Shown in pieces: positions 11,901 through 26,900 of a DNA stretch of 57,475 nucleotides; the stretch's first letter is position 1, and every line of letters starts with the position of its first letter. Under the pieces are notes generated by a model, which was given only the letters and a program-made list of their open reading frames with translations, did no database searches and was not told the DNA's origin. The stretch is from Chiloscyllium plagiosum (taxonomy: Eukaryota). Position numbers and translations under genes: made by a program. The stretch lies in NCBI RefSeq assembly GCF_004010195.1, contig NC_057719.1, positions 30,563,054 to 30,620,528 on the forward strand, written 5' to 3'.

Positions 11901-14900
11901 TAGGTGGTCTGTAAAGCTGTTACTCAATCTGCATTTGGTTTTACCAATATAGAGAAGACCACTTAATGAACAGCAAATACAGTAGGCTAGATTGAAAGTA
12001 GTACAACTAAATCAGTGATTCACGTGGAAGGTGTGCTTCGGGCCTTGGACAGTGAAAATACTGGACAAGTGGTACACTTTCTGTGATTGCATGGGAAGAT
12101 ACCATAAGGAAGTGAAGAAGTGTTAGGGGTGATAGTGGAGTGGACCAGGATGTCTTGCAGAGAACAGTTCCTACAGAATACTAACAAGCAGGGGAAGATG
12201 AGTTTGGTGGCAGTATCTTGCTGGAGAATAAGTATCAAGGTTATTGCAGGAAGACAATGAATTTTTGTCTTCCCAGTATTGTGGAAATTGGAAGTCCTCC
12301 AAGATGGATGCTCTATCGGGTTTCTGGCAATAAAAGAGAATCAAGAAAAACAGTGCAGGAGTAGATCTGAATCCTGTCTAGATGAACGCACAGACTGGGT
12401 GTGAGAACAGGAAGATTGCAATTACATTTTAAATGGAACAAAACTTCAGATCTGCTGGATGACGCCAGAAGGGGTGCAGAAGGGATTCACCAGGATGTTA
12501 CCTGGGTTGGAGCACTTTATTTATGAAGTCAGGCTGAATAGGTTCAGACTGTTTTCTTTAGAGCAGAGAAGTCTTGTGGGGAGGGGGGAGCATGACACCT
12601 AACTGACATATAAAATTATGAGAGGCACGAGTGGCTGGATTGGAAGCTGCTTTTCTCCTTAGTTGACGGGTTAATAACAAAGATCATAATTTTAATCTGA
12701 AGGGCAGTAGGCTCAGAGAGGATTTGAGGAAAATGTCCTTCACCCTGAGGGTGGTGGGAATCTTGAATGGATTACTTGGGAAGGTGGTATAAGTAGGAAT
12801 CCTCATAACCTTTAAAAGGTACATGGATGAGCACTTGAAATGTCATAACATTCAAGGTTTTGGGTCAAGTGCTGTAAAGTATGATTACTGTAAGTACATC
12901 TGCACAGACTCGATAGGCCGTTGGGCTATGCTGCATGAATCTATAAATCTATGACATTGTATATCACTCCCAATCACAGTTATTTTATAAGCTACCTCAG
13001 TTGTTCTGTTTAATTTGGGCAGTTTGTGATTGTGCTCAGAGTATCACAGGATTCTGCCACATTAAAGTAATAAAGCACAGAATACGATTCAGTCTGTTGA
13101 ACCTCCCTTGGAGTTACAGCAAGACGCTGGCACAATGGCCAAGTAGATTTGATTCCCATTTGGTTTAGTTCAAGAACACTGCTGAAAAATGAAGTATATT
13201 GCCTGAAAAAGAAAACTGAATGTTTCAAGATACCTACGTCTAAAAGAAAAAATCATTTTTATTGCTAATTGTAAATCCATTCTCAATTGCAGAACTTCCA
13301 TATCACAACATTACAATTCTCCAACCAGCAAAGATCTTGCAGTGAATCTGAAACAATTATTAAATAACAACTTTTGCTCCAGAACAGATTTTTTAAAAAT
13401 CACGTTCACTGCAAACAAATAACATTCAGTAGCTAGAAATATTAAGAGCAGTAAATTTTTGCAGGATGTTTAAAAAAAATTGTTCATGGCATGTGAGCAC
13501 TGGAAGGAAGGCTTGTATTTATACCCAATTCTGAATTACAATTGGTTCTGAGATAATGCCATAGTTCCGTTCTCATGCGATCTTGTGTTATAAGAAAATC
13601 ATGCAATAGCACGGCATTTAAGCTAATGGGGCTGGAATTGCATTATAGCCAATTCAGTAAGAAAAGTTCATGTTCTGTAAATGACAGTCTAAATTCTTGA
13701 ATCACGTTAAAGCCAATTCACATTGAAGAAATATGCATTGTAGCAGAACTGACTATACCTTCAAGAACGTGTTGGCGAACTGATTACTGTTATAATGCAT
13801 GCTGTGTAGATGTACCCAAAATGATAGTAAAGAGTCGCAAGATTTTGAGCCAGTGACAATAAAGGAACAACAATATACTTCCAAGTCAGAATGGTTATGA
13901 GACTTGGAGGGAACTTGCAGATGATAGCATTCCTATGAACTGTTGTTCTTCCAGGCAATTAAAGTCAGAGGTTATGGAAGGCAATGCAGGACTGCACACC
14001 GCAGACAGGAACACTGCAAACCATGGTATGCTGACGCTGGAGGGAGCTGTGAATTTTTAAAGGTTGACGCTATTTTCCCTGGAGCGTCAGAGGCTGAGGG
14101 GTGACCTTATAGAGGTTTGTAAAATAATGAGGGGCATAGATAGGGTAAATAAATAAGGTCTTTTCACCGGGGTGGGGCAGTCAAAAACTAAAGGGCATAG
14201 GTTTAAGGTGACAGCTGGAAGGTTTAAGGGGCACCGTTTTCATGCAAAGTTTGTATGTAATGAGTTGGCAGAGGAAGTAGTGGAGGCCTGGTACGATTAC
14301 ATTGAAAAGACATCTGGATGGGTTTACAAATAGGAAGGGTTTAAGAGGAATATGGGTCAAATACTGGCAAGTGGGGCTAGATTTATTTAGCATATCTAGT
14401 TGGCATGGACGAGTTGGACCAAAGGGTCTGTTTTTGTGCTGTATATCTCTATTCTTATATGAGACTAGGCTGTTTTGTCCTAGATATTGCTGAACCTTTT
14501 ACGGACGGTTGAATTTGCATTCAATCCAGCAACCAAACGGTGTTCCATCACACTCCTGAGTTGCGCTTTATCGATACTTGAGAGGTTTTAGGGGGTCAGA
14601 AGGTGAATCATTTCCCATAGAACCACCCAGCCTCTGACCTGCTGTTATAGCTATAGTATTTATGTGACTGGTGTAGGTCAGGTTTTGGTCAATGCTGACT
14701 ACTCTACTATCCCAACCTCACAAACTGTTGATGGTGGGGAGAATTCAGTAATGAGAAGGTTGCTGTATGTCATAGGAAAATAGTTGGACTTTAATTGCAG
14801 ATGATCATTGTCTGGCATATTGTAGTCTAAATGTTATTTGCCACTTGTCCAGGTCCTGAAGTATGCATGCATAAACTTCATTTTCTGAAGAATTGTGAAA

Positions 14901-17900
14901 AGAATCAAATACTATGCAATAATCAATGGATACCTCAAATTCTGACCTAATGTTAGGGGGAAGGTCATTGATGAAGGAGTTGAAGATGTTTGGGCCTAGG
15001 ATACTAGCCTGACGAACAATGACATTTGTAAGACTGAAATGAATTGACCTCCAATTGGCATAAAATCTTATATTGTGCTATATAAAGGTCTTCCATGTGG
15101 CCAGCTTTCCCAAAATTCCACAAAGTTCAATTTTGCTGGGCTCTTATGCCATACCTGGTCGAATAGCAGTGACTTGCATCTCAGTTCTGGAATTGTTTTT
15201 TTGCTCACTTTTGGACATTGTTAGGAGTTGAAAAGTCTTGGTGCAATGCAAGCAGAGCATTGGAGAGCAAGTAAGGAAGGACTGGAGTTTACATCCATAA
15301 ATCAAGCAGGCCAACCCCACTGCGTGAACATAAAACAGGGTGAGAGAGGTCAGGTCAGCCATCCAACATCATGCCAGTCTCCAAAATTATTGCAGTAGAG
15401 TGGGTGCAGAAATTGGCAGGCCATTTGCCATTTTAAAATTAGTAATTAACAAGATTGCTAATGATTCAATTGTCTGAAAATTTTCACGTTCCATTTCATT
15501 TCTCGGGCATTGGATGTGAAGAACTTGGGAGTGTTTTACAGCAACTATGCTGTAGTGGGAAGGTGGAGACAAAGAATGTATTGGAAAATTCTGATGGCAA
15601 AGGTAACAGCACCTGTACGCTTTAAAAACTCACTTTCTCGCTTTCTGTGCATTCAATGAAAAATAAAAACACAATCAAAGAGCATAAAGCCTTTAAAGCT
15701 GAGAATGACTTCCTGTTTGTGGCATGAATTGTCATTCTTAGCCATGATTATATTGAATGGCACAGCTGGTTTGAGGGTTATATGGTTCGTACAGTGTACT
15801 CCTGCTCCTATTTCTTATAGTTTAACGTTCTGTAAATGGAGAATGGATGCCTTCATCCTTGGTCCCCTCCACAATCTGCACACCCTTGCTGTAAACTTGA
15901 TTCCTTTTCTCAGCCACTATCTTAGACTGAATAAAGTATTTACAAGCTTGGTCAATTTGGAGTTTTAAATTGCATGTTGTATCTGTTACCAAAATAAATT
16001 ACTTCTACTACACAACCTTGTTCATCTCAGCCCCTCTACTGCTAAACTTGTGCAATTCCAGAATTAATTTAAATTGCTTCTTCTTAACCTTTAACCTTCT
16101 TCAATGATAACTTACGTTCTCCTCAACAACTTAAACACAGAAAAAAGACACCAAACAACTACTGTGTTCATCAAACCTCAGATTGAGTCCTGTTTTCCTG
16201 AAATCAATTTTTCATTGAGGGCACGCAAAGCCTAAAATATGTGGCTATTAAAAATGGCAGTCGAGAGTGTGGTGCTGGAAATGCACACCTATCCCAGCTA
16301 TCTTCCCCCCAGCCCCACCCCCCACTCCCATTTATCTCTTAGGCCCCCGGCCCACAAGGCTCAATCCTGATGAAGGCTTTATGCCCAAAATGTCAATTCT
16401 CCTGCTCCTTGGATGCTGCCTGTCCTGCTGTGCTTTTCCAACACCACACTGTCGACTCTGATCTCCAGTACCTGCAGTCCTCACTCGCCCTATCAAAAAT
16501 GGCATGCAATTAACATTCTTCAAATACTTCCAAGACCTGCTCTACTCTAAGTATGCATCTTTTTCTAGTCACTTATCTGCTCCCAAAACTCCTCTGAAAC
16601 TAGCTTTAATGCATCCATCTCTACACTGACTTCATTCCACCTCATGGTCATGGCAATGAGAGCGTTTGTCTTACGCTCTGAAGGTTCCTCCCTCATCCAT
16701 TCATTTTGAAGTCTCATCCTCCAATTTTAAAAGCATTCTCAAACAAAGTATTACCATAAGTGGAGCTGAATATCATACCACCAGCACCAGTGTGTAGAAG
16801 GCTGTGACACTTAGGCAGCTGGAGTTAAATAGCAGAATTGCAGAACTAGCAGAGATTGAAGAGATATGGTGGGATGAGGCTTTTGGACTATAGCACCACA
16901 GGCTATTTTAATTTTTAAAAATCTGTCTTCCAACTTCTAATTAAAAAATGCAAACAGATTTTGAGAGCTCAAGGAGGGTCAGTAATTGACTAAAGACTTT
17001 AAATTCTATAGTGATGTCTATTGAACCATAAGTAAAATGTTACATCTCTGAAGATGCGTTCACATTTATCAGAAGTGAACATACCTGAATAGATTCTGTT
17101 ACAGTTAACCTTCCACTGCTACCAGAGCTGGACCAAGATTCTGATCTTGTAGGAATGAATCCTTTTTTGTATTTAGTTTGTAGATTTTGCTTCTTCAGTT
17201 GGTCTTTATCTTAAGAACAAAAGAGCAATTTACCATCAGATTGATGCTTTACTATATTTTCATATTCACTTCAAGATGTGAACTTAGAATAAGGTGTGAA
17301 GCACTAAGCACTCCAACTTGCTTTTTCATTTTCTAGAGTGACCACCTATGTTTATTGGCATTAACTGTCCCAGTTATAGTATTGGTATGGTATCATATTT
17401 GTGCCAGTAAACAGAATTAAATCGGGCAGCCAAAATAAACTGGATTTGTTGGATGCTCTGGTTTTCTTTTGAAAGTCAAGATCTATATTAAATACAAAAG
17501 AGTAACTATGGAGAGAATAGGACCCCTTAAAGATCAGCAAAGCCACCTATGTGTGGAACCACAGCAGATAGGGGAGATACTAAACGAGTACTTTGAATCA
17601 GTGTTTACTGTGGAAAATGACATGGAAAGTAGAGAACATAGGGAAATAAATAGCAACATCTTGAAAAATGCCCATGTTACAGAGGAGGAGGTGCTAGACG
17701 TCTTAAAATACAAAGGTGGATAAATCCCCAGGAACTGATCAGGGTACCCACGAAAATGATTGCTGGGCCCCTTGCTGAGATATTTGCATCATAGATGGCC
17801 ACAGATGAGGTGCCAGAAAACTGGAGGCTGGCTAATGTGGTGCCACATTTAAGAAAGGTGGTAAGAAAAAGCTATTGACTTATACACCAGTGAGCCTGAC

Positions 17901-20900
17901 ATCGGTGATGGGCAAGTTGTTGGAGGGAATCCTGAGGGGCAAGATTTACATGTATTAGGAAAGGCAAAGACTGATTAGGGATAGTCAACATGGCCTTGTG
18001 TGTGGGAAATCATTTCTCACTAGTTTACTTGAGCTTTTTCAGCAAGAATCAAAGATAATTGATGAGGACAAAGTGGTGGACGTGATCGATATGGTTTTCA
18101 GTAACGTTTGACAAGGTTCCTCATGGCAAACTGGTTAGCAAGGTTAGATCACATGGAACACAGGCGGAACTACTCAAGGTAGTTGCTCGAAGGTAGTTGC
18201 TCGAAGGTAGAATGCACAGGGTGGTGGGGGAGGATTGTTTTTCAGACTGGAGGCCTGTGACCAGCAGTGTGCCACAAGGATCGGTGCTGGGTTTGGATAC
18301 GAACATCAGTTCACAAATGGTTAGTAAGGTTGCAGGTGACACCAAAATTAAAGGTATAGCACACAGCATAGAAGGTTACCTCAGAATATAATAGGACCTT
18401 GATCAGATGGGCCAAGGAGTGGCGGATGGAGGTTAATTTAGAGAAATGTGAGATGCTGCATTTTGGAAAGGCAAATCAGGGCAGGACTTATTCACTTAAT
18501 GGTAAGGTCCTGGGGAATGTTAATGAACAAAGACACCTTGGAATGCAGGTTCATAGTTCCTTGGAAGTAGAGACCCAGATAGACAGAATAGTGAAGAACA
18601 CGTTTGGTATGCTTGCCTTTATTGGTCAGTGCACTGAATTTAAGAAGGATGTTGTGAAACTTGAAGGGGTTCAGGAAAGATTTACAAGTATGTTGCCAGG
18701 GTTGGACAGTTTGAGTTATCAAAAGAGGCCGAATAGGCTGGGGCTTTTCTCCTTGCAGCAGTGGAGGCTGAGGGGTGACCTTATAGAGGTTTATAAAATC
18801 ACGAGGAGCATAGATAGGATAAATAGACAAGGTCATTTCCCTGAAGTGGGCGAGTCCAAAACTAAACAGCATAGGTTTAAAGTGAGAAGGGAAAGATTTA
18901 AAAGGGACCTAAGAGGCAACGTTTGCAAAATTGGGTGGTGCGTGGATGGAATGAGCTGCCAGAAGAAGTGATGAAGGCTGGTACAATTACAATATTTAAA
19001 AGGCATATGATTAAGAAGGGTTTAGAGAGATATGGGCCAAATTCTGGCAAATGGGACTAGATTTATTTAGGATATCTGGTCAGCATGGACAAATAGACCG
19101 AAGGGTTTGTTTCCGTGCTGTACATCTCTATGTCCCTAAGTTATGCACAAAAGACAATTCCTGCACAAGTGAATTTGACAACAAATTTAAAAAAAATTTA
19201 AACATTGCTGACCAAGTGATATTGTCAGTGCAAGCGATCAATACTAGAAATTGGTCTTGGGAGTGGTGCAAATGAGCACTTTTATATATATTTTCTTAAA
19301 TGGATTTTACTAATTGCACTACAGCTGAATATCTGATGCTGCATATTGGTGGGCAGATAGTTAGCTATCACTTGTTTTGTATTATAACTAAAATCAAGTT
19401 TCAACACAACCTTGCTTAATGTTTTGCTATAAACTGCAACAGCATAACTTCTGCATATTCAAATTCCTAGAAAAAGTAGCCCAACATCTCTATTTTCCTC
19501 AAAATATTCAAACATTTCTAATTATCATAGATTCTATGCTATATGTTTCCCTGGCTTTACTTATAACAAATGAATTACTTACATTTTATGCTTAACAGCA
19601 TGCTTTTTGGAACAGAACAATCCACTGAAGCTGAAAGGATAAAAAGTAGTTAACTTTTAAAAGGGATTGAATACTCTTTGAGAAGCAACATTTTAGAATT
19701 ACACAGAGCCACCAAAAAAGGTCATTTGCACAACTATTCTTTGTTGCCATTGATGCTTTATCACGTTTAATTGTATAAAGATAGCCAACGTTAACTGGTG
19801 GTTCATCTGTGCTACTGTAAATAGGAATGTACTGAAACTAAGGTTTTTGGGTGGAGAGGTGGATGGTCATAACGTTTGCCTCTATGAATAGAGTCATAGA
19901 TATACATAGCAAGGAAGCTTTGAAAAACATGTAGAGCTTAGGGTTCACTTCCATCCTTCACCTGGCATTTTGAAGTATTACAACATTAACTTTGTTTCTT
20001 TATTCGCTGAATGCTACCACCTTCTCTTTAATATTTCGGATTTTCCACTAAATAGGAACTCAAGCACCTTATCTGCCACAAAATATTGTGATGCTTGGAA
20101 GTATTCACTAATACCAGCAGAACATTATTTGGTCTCACTTAATTGCCAATAAAATTTCCTTTTAAATGTTGCAATTGACAAAATGGTTGGCAAAAATGCT
20201 CCTGTCATAATAACAACAGATTACAACTTCTGTGACTGCATTCTTACATCTAAATGATAAGATGCAGTTAAGTCTAAGTCCAGAGACTGTATCTCCAAAT
20301 CTGAATTCTGGGTTGGAGTCAAGTGAGACAACTCCTCCAATGAAAGCCAACATACAACATTTCTTCTTAACTGCCTGCTGCACCTGGCACTTATAGAGTC
20401 ATAGAGGTGTACAGCACAGAAACAGACCCTTCAGTCCAACCCGTCCATGCCGACCAGATATCCCAACCCAATCTAGTCCCACCTGCCAGCACCTGGCCCA
20501 TATCCCTGCAAACCCTTCCTATTTATATACATATCCAGATGCTTTTTAAATTTTGCAAATGTACTTTCAGTCACTGGTGCACAAGGATACCCACGTTTTG
20601 TGAAACATATCCTCTCTCAATTTAAACTTAAACAGCCATTCAAATAATAATCTACCCTCTTATTTGTGTTACCAAAGTAGATAACCTCACAATTATCCAC
20701 ATTGTACTGCATCTGCCAAGCATTTGCCCACTCATTAAACCTGTCCAAATCATGCTGCATCCTCCTCACAGCTCACTCTTCCAACCAGCTTTGTGCTTCC
20801 TGCAAATTTTCAGACATTGCATTTAGCTCCCTCACCTACATCATTAACATAAGTTGTGAATAGCTGGAGTCCTAGCACCAATCTCTTATGCACCCCATGA

Positions 20901-23900
20901 GTCACTGCCTGCTATTCTGAAACAGATTTATTTCTACTCTTTGTTTCCTGTTTGCTGACCAATTTTCTACCCATCTCAAAACACTACCCCAATCCCATGC
21001 ATTTTAATTTTACACTTACTCTCTTATGCTGGACTTTGTCGAAAGCCTTCTGAAAATTTAAATAATCCACATCCATTGGCTCCCTGTGATCACCTCTACT
21101 AGTTACATTCCTGAAGAATTCCAGTAGATTATTCAAGCATTATTTCACTTTTGTAAATCTATACTAACTGTGCTTCATTCTACCACTGTATGCTAAGTGT
21201 TCTGCTATAAAATTCTTGATAATGGACTCAAGCATCTTCTATCAACATCAGACTCACTGGTCTATAATGCCATATTTTCTCTCTATCTACCTTTTTAAAA
21301 TAGTGGGGTTACATTAGCTATCCTCCAATCTATAGGAACTATTCCACAGTCTAAAGGATCTTGGAAGAAGACCACAAATTCATTCACTATTTCTAGGGCC
21401 ACTTCCTTACGTACTATGGGATGTAGATCATCAGGCTCTGGGGATTTACAAACCCATCAATTTCTCCAATAAGATTTGCTTCAGCTCCTCTCTCTCACTA
21501 AACCCTGCGTTCCTCATCATTTCTGGTACATTATTTATGTCCTCATTTGTGAAGACTGAAGTGAAGTCAGAATTCAGTTCCTCAGCTATTTCTTTGTTCG
21601 CTGTTGTAAATTATCCTGTTTCTGACCGTAAGGAATCTATATTAGTTTGCACCAATCTTCTTCTCTTTACAGACCTATAGAAACATTTACAGTGAGTTCT
21701 TATGTTCCCCACAAACTGACTGGCAAACCTTATTTTTCCCTTCTTATTCAATCCCTTACTAACTTCTTTACTAACTTCTCCCTAATCCTCAGATCTATTG
21801 TTTTTTTCTTGCCAATTTGTCTGCCTCCTTTTTGCATCTAATACTATCTTTAATTCCCTTGTAAGCCATGATTTGGCCATTTTACATGTTGTGGCTAATC
21901 AAACAGTTAATCATGCTGTGAATCCCTAATTCACTGCAAAGAGACCAAAGCAACAACTGTGACGGTAATCCCAAATATTATACAATTAAGATAACTTGTC
22001 CATTCCTCACAACAAGAAGAAAATTACCTAATTCATTTTGCTCATACTATATTCTTCAGTGTGCTAAATATTAGCAAAATTTTCTAAAAGACTGAAATGA
22101 AGTCAGAATTCAGTTCATCAGCCATAGAAATTATAAGAATTCTTAGGGACTGAAACTCTTGATGGCCACATAGATATACAGAAAAGTACATCACACATTA
22201 CCTTTGGCAGAGAGGATTCTATTGTAATGGGATGTCATATGATTCTGGGTTAGGTATGGGTCCATCAAATTCCTGGAATGACCTGCACTGTAAGCTGCAA
22301 GGACAAAGGTTGAATACATTACACACAAAGACAAATAAGGGATGCTTTTAACATGAGGAATTATGATTACAAGGAAATTGGAGGCATCAACGATCAACAT
22401 ATCATTAAATATTAAATTTACATGAAGATTCATGACTAAGATTTTGTAGGTTTTCCATCCTAATTACTTTCACAACAATAATTGTGTTTATATAGCAACT
22501 TTAATGTAGTAGAATGCCCAATGTCACTTCACAAGAGCAATGTCAAATAACATTTCTCAGTGGTGATATTAAGGCAGACTAGCTGTCACACAGGATGCAT
22601 TTTGTTATTTTGAAGGAGGGGGTCAGTAGTTCCCAGCAGGTATCATTAAAAAAAAATCATCTCTGGTCCAAGAGGAGATAGATTTAAAAAGACATTAAGA
22701 GGCATTTATTTTACACAGAGAGTGGTTTTCATGTGGAATGAACTCCCTGAGGAAGTGGCAGATGTGGGTACAATTACACTGTTTAAAAGATATTTGGATG
22801 GATACACGAATAGGAAAGATTTGGAGAGATATGGGCCCGGACTAGTTTGGGATTATGTTTGGCATGGACTTGTTGGACCAAAGGGTCTGTTTCCCCGCTG
22901 TATGACTCTATGAAAAGCAGTTAAGCGATCAGTAGTATACTGAGAATAGAGTTTAGGAAACCAAAAGAGAATCAATTTGAAATTTGCTTGGCAGATTAGA
23001 TGAATGGAGGAAAGTACCTGAGGCAGCTGAGCTACTGGCCCAATCTTAGTGACAAAGAAGTCCTTTACTAGTTAGGGCTGATGATACAAGAGATAAGACA
23101 AAAGCGATTTATGAAGATAGTTTATTGTGGAGAAGTTATAGCAGAGGAGAGCAGAATCTAATAATTCTTTGCTTTGTCCATCAAATGGTTGACATAACTC
23201 CCTAGACACTTCACAAATGGTATTATAGAATAAATTATAGCACTAAACAATGAAAGACAACAAATTAGAGATGTCCAAAGTCTCGGTCAAAGAGATGGGT
23301 TATAATGTACATCTCAAGGAAAGAAAAAGAGATACAGAGGCAAAGAGATTTACAGATAAGAGTTCCAGATCTTAGAGCCTAGGTAACTGAAAGAATAGTT
23401 GTCAATGGTACAGTAATTAAAACTGGGATGCTTTAGAGGCCAAAATTAGTATGCGTGTTAGAGGGGTTTGTAATTTTTTTTTAAACATGAAAAGGGACTG
23501 GAAGGGTGCTCTCTCAGATGCAAAAAAAGGCTGAGAACTCTCCTATTAGATGCAGTAAAACATTGTGCAATCATTAAAAACCACACAGAATGGACGCATT
23601 TGGTCCATACTGTCTATAATGGCTCTAAGTAAACTATTCAGTTAGTCCTATGTCCATGCTCTTTCTCATAACACTGTTATTTTTTTCAAGTATTTATGTA
23701 ATTCCTTTCAGAAAATTATTCAATCTGCTACCATCACCTTATAGTCAGACAACTCCTGTTTGCCCTATATAAGAAGTAAAGTTTTCCTGTCTTCTCTGGT
23801 TCCTTTCCTAATTACCTGAAATGTGTCCACTGATGACTGACCCTTCTGCGAATAGAAACAATTTCTTCAAACTTCTCCATCAAAACCCTCAGATTTTTAA

Positions 23901-26900
23901 CTACTTCAATCAAATCTCCCCTTAACCTTCTCAATTCTAAAATGAACTCTAGTCTGTATCTTGTCTGTCATTCATCTACTGGTAACAAGTAATTCTCGAA
24001 TAAGTTTCCTCTTATGCCTTGAAATCCTAACCAAAATATACAAAGTATTTTGTTTTAAATGAAAGAGCTGCATGACCCAAATACCTTTCACAATTTTAGG
24101 ATGTCCGAAAGTAGTTTACAGCCAATGAAGTACGTTTGAACTGTAGTTCCTATTATGAGACATAATACTTCAGCTGTTGCCTGATAAGATTGTCACACAT
24201 CTCTTAATCTTGTAAATTAACCGGGAGAGGAGAAAAGCTTGGTGCAATTTCTGGTCTGTAGAGAAAATATAACTAAATCAAGTAAAGTTTACAGCATAAA
24301 TGATGCTCTTGCTAAGAATTCGACTTCTCAGCACCCAGTTATTCAGCACTGCAAATATTATTTTTCCTCCAAGCTTGTTACCTGGTATCCAACATCTTGC
24401 TTCTGAACAGGGGATAGTACAAGATCATAATGCACATACTTTACTATGTAAGCCATGTTGCCCTCCATTATGCTGAGAACACAGTGTGTGTACAGAAAGC
24501 ATCCACCAAAGTATGCAGAATAACCAGACAATGACTTGAAGCCAGAGCTGCCACTCTGGAACTGTGAAAATTAATGTCTATGCTTAAAAAAAGTGTTCAG
24601 CAGCTCATTGGTCTGATGCATTATTGCAGAAAATTTGGTGTTTTCCAAAGACTTTTAAAACTCCTTGTCTACAGGGAGGAGTTGTCCTGACTTCAATGAT
24701 TATATAAACATTACTTGCTTCATGGGTGCAACAGAATATGCTTCCTTTGTACTGCAGGGCAAATGAGCAGAGATGACAAGGTAGGACAAGCTGCCAGGAG
24801 CAGGAAGAGCTGTAAGAGGAAGAAGAGCAGAAAGGAAAAAAAAGGAAGAGCTGAAAGAGAAATAAGAACTTGAAGAAGAAAAGGATAAATATCTGGACGA
24901 GAAAAAAGATGATAGTGTGAGGCTTGCAGAAGACTAAGCTCTTGAGGATGAAGGAAGACTATATTAGGTATGAAGTTAAAAATCGCACAACACCAGGTTA
25001 TAGTCCAACACGTTTAAATGGAAGCACACTAGCTTTTGGAGCGACGCTCCTTCATCAGGTGGTCATCAAGTCCTTCATCAGCGACGCTCCGAAAGCTAGT
25101 GTGCTTCCAATTAAACGTGTTGGACTATAACCTGGTGTTGTGTGATTTTTAACTTTGTACACCCCAGTCCAACACTGGCACTCCAAATCATGACTATATT
25201 AGGGATGAGTTATGATTAGTTGAGTTTATTTATTGGTGAGTGATCAATGTGGTGCATCGAGAAGTGAGTGATAGTAGTAGTGCAGTTGTTCAAAATTGGC
25301 TTTTGAAGTTACATTCATTGATCTTGCATACTCAGTCATAGAATCCTACAGTTCTATAGCACAGGCCCTTCAGCCCAAACTGGTCCGTGCCAATCAAAAT
25401 GTCCATCCACACTAATCCATTTCCTTACCCATAGCCTTCTAAACCTTTCCTATCCACGTATTTGTTCAAATGCCTTTTAAAAATTATTAATTTACCCACC
25501 TCAACCACTTCCAATTACGTACCACCCTCTGTGTAAAAAAACAAGTTGCCCCTCAGCTTCCCTTTTCACCTTAAACTGATACCCTCTAGTCTTAATTCCC
25601 CAACTCCGGGAAAAAGACTGAGTGCATTCACCTTATCTATGCCTCTCATGATCTTATACACTTGTTTAAGATTCCCCTCTCAGTCTATTACGCTGTAAAG
25701 AAAAAAGTCATAGCTCATCTAACCATTCCCTTTAATTCAGACTCGAGTCCTGGCAACATCCTTGTAAATTTCTTCTGCACTCTTTCCAATTTAATAACTT
25801 CGTTCCTATAGCAAGGTGACCAAAACTAAACACATACTCTTAAGTACAGCACAGTGGGCTCAGTAGTTAGCCCTGCTGCCTCACAGCACCAGGGACTTAG
25901 ACAATCGCCCAAGGCAGGAATCGAACCTATGTGGAGTTTGCACATTCTTCCAATGTCTGCGTGGGTTTCCTCCCACAATCCAAAGATGTGCAGGCCAGGT
26001 GAATTGGCCATGATAAATTGTCCATAGTGTTAGGTGCATTAGTCAGGGGTAAATATATGGTGGGTTACTCTTCAGAGGGTTGGTGTGAACTTGTTGGGTC
26101 GAAGGGCCAGTTCCCATACTGTAGGGAATCTAATCTAAAACCAACATTCAGTATAACTGCAAAATAACTTCTATACTCAATGCCCACACTGATGAAGGAG
26201 TTGTGCCAAAAGCCTTCTTCACTGCTGTCTACTTATGTCTCCACTTTTAGGGAACTGTGCAGCTGAACTCCAAGGTCCCTCTCTTCCACTACACTCCTCC
26301 AGACCCTATCATTCACCATAAAACTCCTACCTTGATTTGACTTTCCAAAACACTCATATATATTAAACTCTATTTGCCATTTCTCGGCATACTTCCCCTG
26401 CTGCTGCATTTTCTGATAGCCTTTCTCGCTGTCCATGATACCGCCCTTTTTAGTGTCACTGCAAACTTACTAATTACGCCTTGTACATTCTCATCCAAAT
26501 CATTGATATAAATAACAAACAGCAACACGCTCAGCACTGACCCCTGTTGGACACAACTAGTCACAGGCTTACAATCTAACAAGCATCCACCTACAATTAC
26601 CCTCTGCTTCCTACCATGAAGCCAATTGTGTTTCGAATTTGCCAGCTCTCCCTAGATTCCAGACGATCTAACCTTTCAAAGCAGCCTACCATGTGGAAAT
26701 TTATCAAAGGCCTTACTTAAGTCCGTACAGACTACGCCTACCGCACTACCCTCATTAACCCTCCTGGTCACTTCATCAAAGAGCTCTAAAAAAGTTGTGA
26801 GGCATGACCTCCCATGCACAAAGTATAACCATGGCTTTCCAAATGCATGTATATCTTATCCTTCAGAATCTTTTCAAGTAACTTACCTTGCACAGATATT

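Noticed and set aside
13086..13202. Candidate extra SPATA7 exon with a strong acceptor
   Set aside because: Has a stop (TGA) in the required phase 0, a weak donor and no homology.
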